From the human T2T-CHM13v2.0 reference genome, Homo sapiens: 64,000 nucleotides of DNA. The first letter of the stretch is position 1, and every line of letters starts with the position of its first letter. Position numbers and translations under genes: made by a program. Below the pieces are notes generated by a model. It searched no databases. It saw only the letters and a program-made list of their open reading frames with translations, and was not told the DNA's origin. The DNA lies in NCBI RefSeq assembly GCF_009914755.1, contig NC_060925.1; one strand, 5' to 3'. Shown piece by piece: positions 53,527-64,000 of the stretch.

Positions 53527-53668
53527 GCCAGGTGTATGGCACACACCTGTAATCTCAGCTTCTCAGGAGGCTGAGGCAGAAGGATCACTTGAGGCCAGGA
53601 GTATGAGTCCAGCCTAGGCAACATAGCAAAACTCAGTCTCTTTAAAAAAAAAAAAAAAAAAAAAAAGA
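53527..53668 (+). mobile_element. Alu left monomer (FLAM-like)
   Basis: Monomer plus long poly-A. Confidence 0.82.
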
Positions 53669-54922
53669 GGAAAGGAATAATAGGGTTGCATAGTGGATTG
53701 AAGCACAGTTTAGGGGACATAGTACTTAATAGTGTTTTTGTAAGAGCCTAGGCTCTTATAAAATACGTTTTGTGAAAAAGTCAATATGGTTTGGCTTTTT
53801 GTGTAGGATACCTGCAGGGTAGTAAGAGATTATGGAAAGGGTGAGCCAGGTTATGGAGAGCCTTGACTACCAATCCAGGGAGCTTAAAGATTATCTTATG
53901 AACAGTGAAGAATGGATAGACATTTTTGAGTGTTTTTTTTTCCCTAATCAAGAATGGACAATAATACTATACTTTTGCCACTTCTGATCTGCCTTTATGT
54001 TAATAGTTTGTTATATATGATTGGGGGGGCTGGGAGGGGATAGTAGCTTTGTAAGCTACTCCAGGGTTAGCATATATTTGTGTTCTCATGATATTTATTT
54101 ATATCATGAAGTACTCAACATTTGTCCAAAATTTTTTTATTTGTCCTCTGTTATCAACTGACATTTCTGTTACAATGAATATAGGTTCATGCTATCAGGC
54201 AGGTAATTATTTTACACATAACTTTGTTTTCTCACAGTTTATCCAAAAATATTCACAGCATTATAATTTTTATAATTAATAGTAGAATTTTTATATTATA
54301 GAGTTTTGGTTATATTCAGAGTCTTTAAAATGAAACATAATAAACATGTAAGGACTCTAAACATTTTGCTTCTATTTAACATTCTTTACCTTATTTTTAA
54401 AAATATAATTGTATATTTTCCCAAATGTCATCCTGAGTATCACATTTATTATTTATATGGGTAAAGAAAATGACTTATGAATTCTTTACATTCACTGGGG
54501 TATTTTCCAAAGTCATTATGGATCCTCAAATTTGAGAGTTTCCCTTTAGCTCATAATTTACCCCCATTACCTGTGTATGCAGATGAGTAAAAATAGCAAT
54601 GCCAATTTAAAATTCAGATGCTGGATAACAAGCTAGGTTCGTTTATTAGCTGAAGAGATCACTCTGATAGAAACTGTAGAAGCTCACTAGATTTGTTTTT
54701 GTGTATCAGCAGATTATTTTATGTCACAGACATGAATAGTCAAAACTACTGATGTTAAATATTTGTATGCTCGTCTGTATTATTTGGTATATAGGAGCTG
54801 CTTCTTCCCTGGCCTCACCCCAATTCCTATTTCTCACTTCAAAGGAAAGTATATATTTTCACATTACTTCAGTTGTCGGATTTGGGGGAAAATAAGAAAA
54901 ATGTAATTTCTAACAGAGGTAA

Positions 54923-55066
<144 letters not shown>

Positions 55067-55398
55067 TAACTAAAATAGTACAAATTTATCAAGGTGATGA
55101 AATTAAACCTTGCAATTGTTCACTTAGTAAATATTTGTGTGCCAAACCTCACGATATAATGATTAAAAAGATTAACATAGTTCCTGATCTCACCAAGTTT
55201 TTAGTTTCTAGCAGAAAAATAAAATTTTATATCTTTTGTCAGCCAGTTTGAAAGATAATTTTGGTGGTTTCATTTATAACTATAATAATCGCCATGAACT
55301 GCATGCTTACTATTGCTAGGCATTGTGGTAACTACTTTACCTATATTATTACCATTTAACACTCCCCAAAACATTGAGAATGAGTGATATTGTTTCCA

Positions 55399-56265
55399 TT
55401 TTTTTTAATTATTATACTTTAAATTCTAGGGTACAGGTGCACAACGTGCAGGTTTGTTACATATGTATACATGTGCCATGTTGGTGTGCTGCACCCATTA
55501 ACTCATCATTTACATAGGTATATCTCCTAATGCTATCCCTCCCCCATCCCCCCACTCCACAACAGGCCCCAGTATGTGATATTCCCCTTCCCGTGTCCAA
55601 GTATTCTCATTGTTCAGTTCCCATCTATGAGTGAGAACATGCGGTGTCTGGATTTTTGTCCTTGCGATAGTTTGCTGAGAATGATGGTTTCCAGCTTCAT
55701 CCATGTCCCTACAAAGGACATGAACTCATCCTTTTTTATGGCTGCATAGTATTCCATGGTGTATATGTGACACATTTTCTTAATCCAGTCTATCATTGAT
55801 GGACATTTGGGTTGGTTCCAAGTCTTTGCTATTGTGAATACTGCTGCAATGAACATACGTGTGCATGTGTCTTTATAGCAGCATGATTTATAATCCTTTG
55901 GGTATATACCCAGTAATGGGATTGCTGGGTCAAATGGTATTTCTAGTTCTAGATCCCTGAGGAATCGCCACACTGACTTCCACAATGGTTGAACTAGTTA
56001 ACAGTCCCCCCAACAGTGTAAAAGTGTTCCTATTTCTCCACATCCTCTCCAGCACCTGTTGTTTCCTGACTTTTTAATGATTGCCATTCTAACTGGTGTG
56101 AGATGGTATCTCATTGTGGTTTTGATTTGCATTTCTCTGATGGCCAGTGATGATGAGCATTTTTTCATGTGTCTGTTGGCTGCATAGATGTCTTTGCCCA
56201 CTTTTTGATGGGGTTGTTTGTTTTTTTCTTGTAAATTTGCTTGAGTTCTTTGTAGATTCTGGATA
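55399..56265 (-). mobile_element. L1PA 3' fragment (ORF2 C-terminus plus 3' UTR) inserted in a MIR
   Basis: Minus-strand ORFs ...WRFLRDLELEIPFDPAIPLLGIYPKDYKSCCYKDTCTRMFIAA... and a typical L1PA 3' UTR. MIR halves lie on both sides. Confidence 0.93.
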
Positions 56266-56584
56266 ACTGAAGCAGAGTAGCTTGCCCAGAGTCACATAGC
56301 TACTAAGTGGTAGAGGTAGACTTTACTCATGGTCTATCTTGAGAGCCTAGGCACTTACAAAATACTTTTTGTAGAAAGGTTTATTTGTATATGGTATTAA
56401 AATAAATGTGCTTTTCTAACTTCTCTTGAGTTCACCATATTCGTCATCTCATGGCACACTATCATCGCCGCCAATGCAAGGCTAATAGTAATTTATTTCA
56501 TTTTATTCCCCATTCCCCTTAGTCATTCCAATGTGTTTATTATATATTTATTTTGTAAAACATGCATTGTTTTATGTTCATGTG

Positions 56585-60810
<4,226 letters not shown>

Positions 60811-62941
60811 ATTCTCTTTGGAGCATTTTTATGATACCTCCCTTAAGCTTTTCTGTCAGATACTTCCAACATCTGAGTCACCTCAGTGTTGTCACCTGTT
60901 AATTGCCTTTTCTCATTCAGGTTGCGATTTTCCTGGTTCTTGGCCTGACAAGTAGTTTTTCGTGTTTTCCTAGACCTTTGGATGTTATAGGACACTGGAT
61001 CCTATGAAATCTTTCATTTTACCAAGTAGCCGTTATTTAAGTTTAGTATGCAGCTTCTGGCCTACTCTTGTGGGCTGTGGTTTCAGTAACAATTTAATAT
61101 TTAGCAAGGTTATTCTGGTCTACTTCATTCATGGGCTATCAGGAGGCCACTCAGGAAACCTGAGTGGAGTTCCACACTGTGTAATTTACTTCTCAAACCT
61201 TTGGGTGTGTTAATGCTCATCTGTTTCACATGTAGATTGGTCAGAGCCTGCCCAGGACTTCCTATACAGCTTTAAAGCGTGGTTTTCCAGCTTCCTCCTC
61301 TTCAGATCTTCCCTGAAATCTCTAGTTGGGAGTGTGAGGGGCACCCCATCACTGCTGGGCAGGGCATGGAAATCCGGACTCTCCACTCAGTCTCTGCTGA
61401 CAGCATGCTGTCAGGAGAGGGGAGCACTGTCCCTAACGACCTGCTTCCACTGGGGGTGGAAGTCTATACTCCCCACCCAGTTTGTGCTAACATCATGCAG
61501 CAGGGGTGGGAAACACCCTGAGCTGCCTGCTGCCACCCCAAGGCCACCTACTACTGCCAGGTTGGGTGTGGAAGTTCATACTCCCCAGATTCCCCTCGTG
61601 GTGCCCGCAGGTACCACGCTGCTGAGGAAGGGGAGCACTGCCTTAAGCCATCTGCTACCCCCAGGTAGGGGATAGGAGTCCAGGCTTCCACTCAGTCTCC
61701 ACTGACATTCCAGGGAGAAAGGACATCCATGGTGTTTACTGGCACAGGGCGGATGTTGTCACAAAAGTTTCTGTCTGGGTAGGGTCCCTCTTTCCTTTTC
61801 CTTTGGCTAGAGTCAATTGGTTTTTCTTGGAACTCTTTGTCATTACCTGTTGGAGGTTGCAGGTTGCTTTTCCAAGTTTACATCTCACCCAGACTGGTAT
61901 ATATGGAGAATTTTAAAAAAAGAAAAAAAAAACCAGGGAACTCACCACTATGACATTCCTCAAGTCTTGAGGTTCCTAGCCAATCTGCCTTCCTCTTTAC
62001 ACTTTTTGAGTCCTCTTATGATAGTCCATTGTATTATGCTCAGGGATTTTCATTGTACTTAAGAGAGGAAGATCAGGGAAAAATGAGTCTTCTCCCCTTT
62101 TTCATACCAGAAGTTTTTGAACTTTCTGTAGTTATGTGTGTTTGAGTATGTGTAAATTACTTATGCTATATATTACATAGCATATATTCAGTGTACTATA
62201 ATATATACTATAATCAATAATTTATGTTTTGAGATTATACACAGATATTAGATATACCAGTATTATCTATGATTAAACTTTTACAAAAAAGTTATCTTAC
62301 TATATATGTCCTTTTGCAACTTGTTTTATTCAATCATTTTGTTTTGGAGATTTATCTTTTTTATATAAATTTAAGGGGTACAAGGGCAGTTTTGTTGCAT
62401 GGATATATTGGGTAAGGGTGAAGTCTGGGCTTTTAGTGTAACCATCAGCAAAATAATGTACATTGTACCCATTAAGTAATTTCTCATCTGTCACTCTCAT
62501 CTCACCCTTCTGAGTCTCTGGTATCTATTATTCCACACTCTATGTCCATGTACATACATTATTTAGCTCCATTTTGATACATGTAAATCCAGTTCATTAA
62601 TTTCAAATGGTATAGAGGGTTTCCCATTGTATGAATAAACTACAGTGTTTATCCATTCCTCTATTGAGCAGTTATTTTTTGTGAATGCAAGCAATGTGGC
62701 AGTGAATATCCTTGTACACATCTCCATGTGCACATAAGTAAGGGTTTCTCTAGAATATATATAGAAATGAAATTCCTATGTGGTAGAATATACACATCTC
62801 CAACTTTGTGCTTGTATATTCTGGATACAAAATAATAAGATACCACCAAACTGAGCTTTAGAGTGGTTGTCCTAGTTTATTATATTTAAAATTTTGTAAA
62901 TGTTTTAAAATATTTGTATATACTATATATAATACTTATAA

Positions 62942-63109
<168 letters not shown>

Positions 63110-63708
63110 TAGTGTAAATGTTATAATGCTGTGTAATTATACCCTTCTTTAAGAAAGCACTTACTTGTGGAATCTTTTATTCTGTTAACTATGAACTCTT
63201 TACATTAAGTCAATCAAAATTTCCCTGCCTTCTTCCCTTCATCTCCCCATTATACATTTACACAATCCTGTTGATATAAGTTATCAAGTAACACTATCTG
63301 TTCTTTTCTGTAAGTGCTCGTGGGTTGATTCTCTACAAGCACCTCAAAGGAAAGATTTATGATTCATTATCCCAGTGGTTAAGACATTTTCGTAACCTGA
63401 ACTGCTTATTGATGTAAACATTTCATTATGCCCATCTTTTGCAAACATAGAAAACAACCAGTTGTTCTGTCTTTTATGCAATTCTTTCACTTTCTGAACC
63501 TTTTTTCCTAATTTTTAAATCTTTTTTCCTAATGTTTGTCATTTAAGAAGTTTTTATCATTTCAAATGCTAAATACATCATCATAAGCTATTAAAATCAC
63601 TTTTAATATTACTATCACCCAAATAACGTACTTTGTACCCATTAAGTAATGTCTATTAAAATAGCTTCTGATACTGTATTAAGCTGAGAAGTTATTTTCT
63701 TATTCTAA

Positions 63709-64000
63709 TTTTTTTTTTTGAAAGAGAGAGCCTCACTCTGTTGCCCAGCCTGTAGTGCAGTAGCACAATCATGGCTCACTGCAGCCTCTGTCTCCCAGAT
63801 TCAAGCAATTCTCCTGTCTCAGCCTCCCAAGTACCTGGGGACTACAGGCGCACACTACCAGACAGGCTAATTTTTGTATTTTTAGTGAAGACGAGGTTTC
63901 ACCATGTTGGCCAGGCTGATCTCAAATTTTTGGCCTTAAATGATCCACCCACCTCAGCCTCCCAAAGTGCTGGGATTACAGAAATGAGCCACTGCACTCG
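63709..64000 (-). mobile_element. AluJ-like
   Basis: Antisense dimer running to the window end. Confidence 0.9.

Noticed and set aside
55510-56295. ORFs resembling a reverse transcriptase-associated C-terminus
   Set aside because: Truncated, frameshifted L1 ORF2 remnant; not an independent gene.

Overview
Human genomic DNA containing the 5' part of AGL (glycogen debranching enzyme: 4-alpha-glucanotransferase / amylo-alpha-1,6-glucosidase, the GSD III gene) on the + strand. The window holds a CpG-island promoter (~2.1-2.7 kb), a non-coding first exon and 27 coding exons. These splice into one open frame of 3836 nt (codons 1-1279); the gene continues past the right edge. Introns carry many Alus, a full-length antisense SVA with a 13-bp TSD, an MST-type solo LTR, DNA transposon relics (MER1A, MER44, MER58, MER63, MER5), L2/MIR and nested antisense L1 fragments. 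Almost all other ORFs in the track are repeat artefacts. I see no new gene, RNA gene or novel multi-gene system. The most interesting signals are regulatory: (1) an overlapping uORF, alternative acceptor and strong in-frame Met15 around the start codon; (2) an Alu-derived exon whose ATG and target-site duplication encode an alternative N-terminus; (3) a ~250-nt AG-free zone with a candidate distant branch point before the exon carrying catalytic Glu555; (4) a 93-nt GC-AG intron with a decoy GT donor; (5) a compact MEF2/TEAD/E-box cassette upstream of the CpG island. Repeat boundaries and subfamily calls were made by eye and are approximate.
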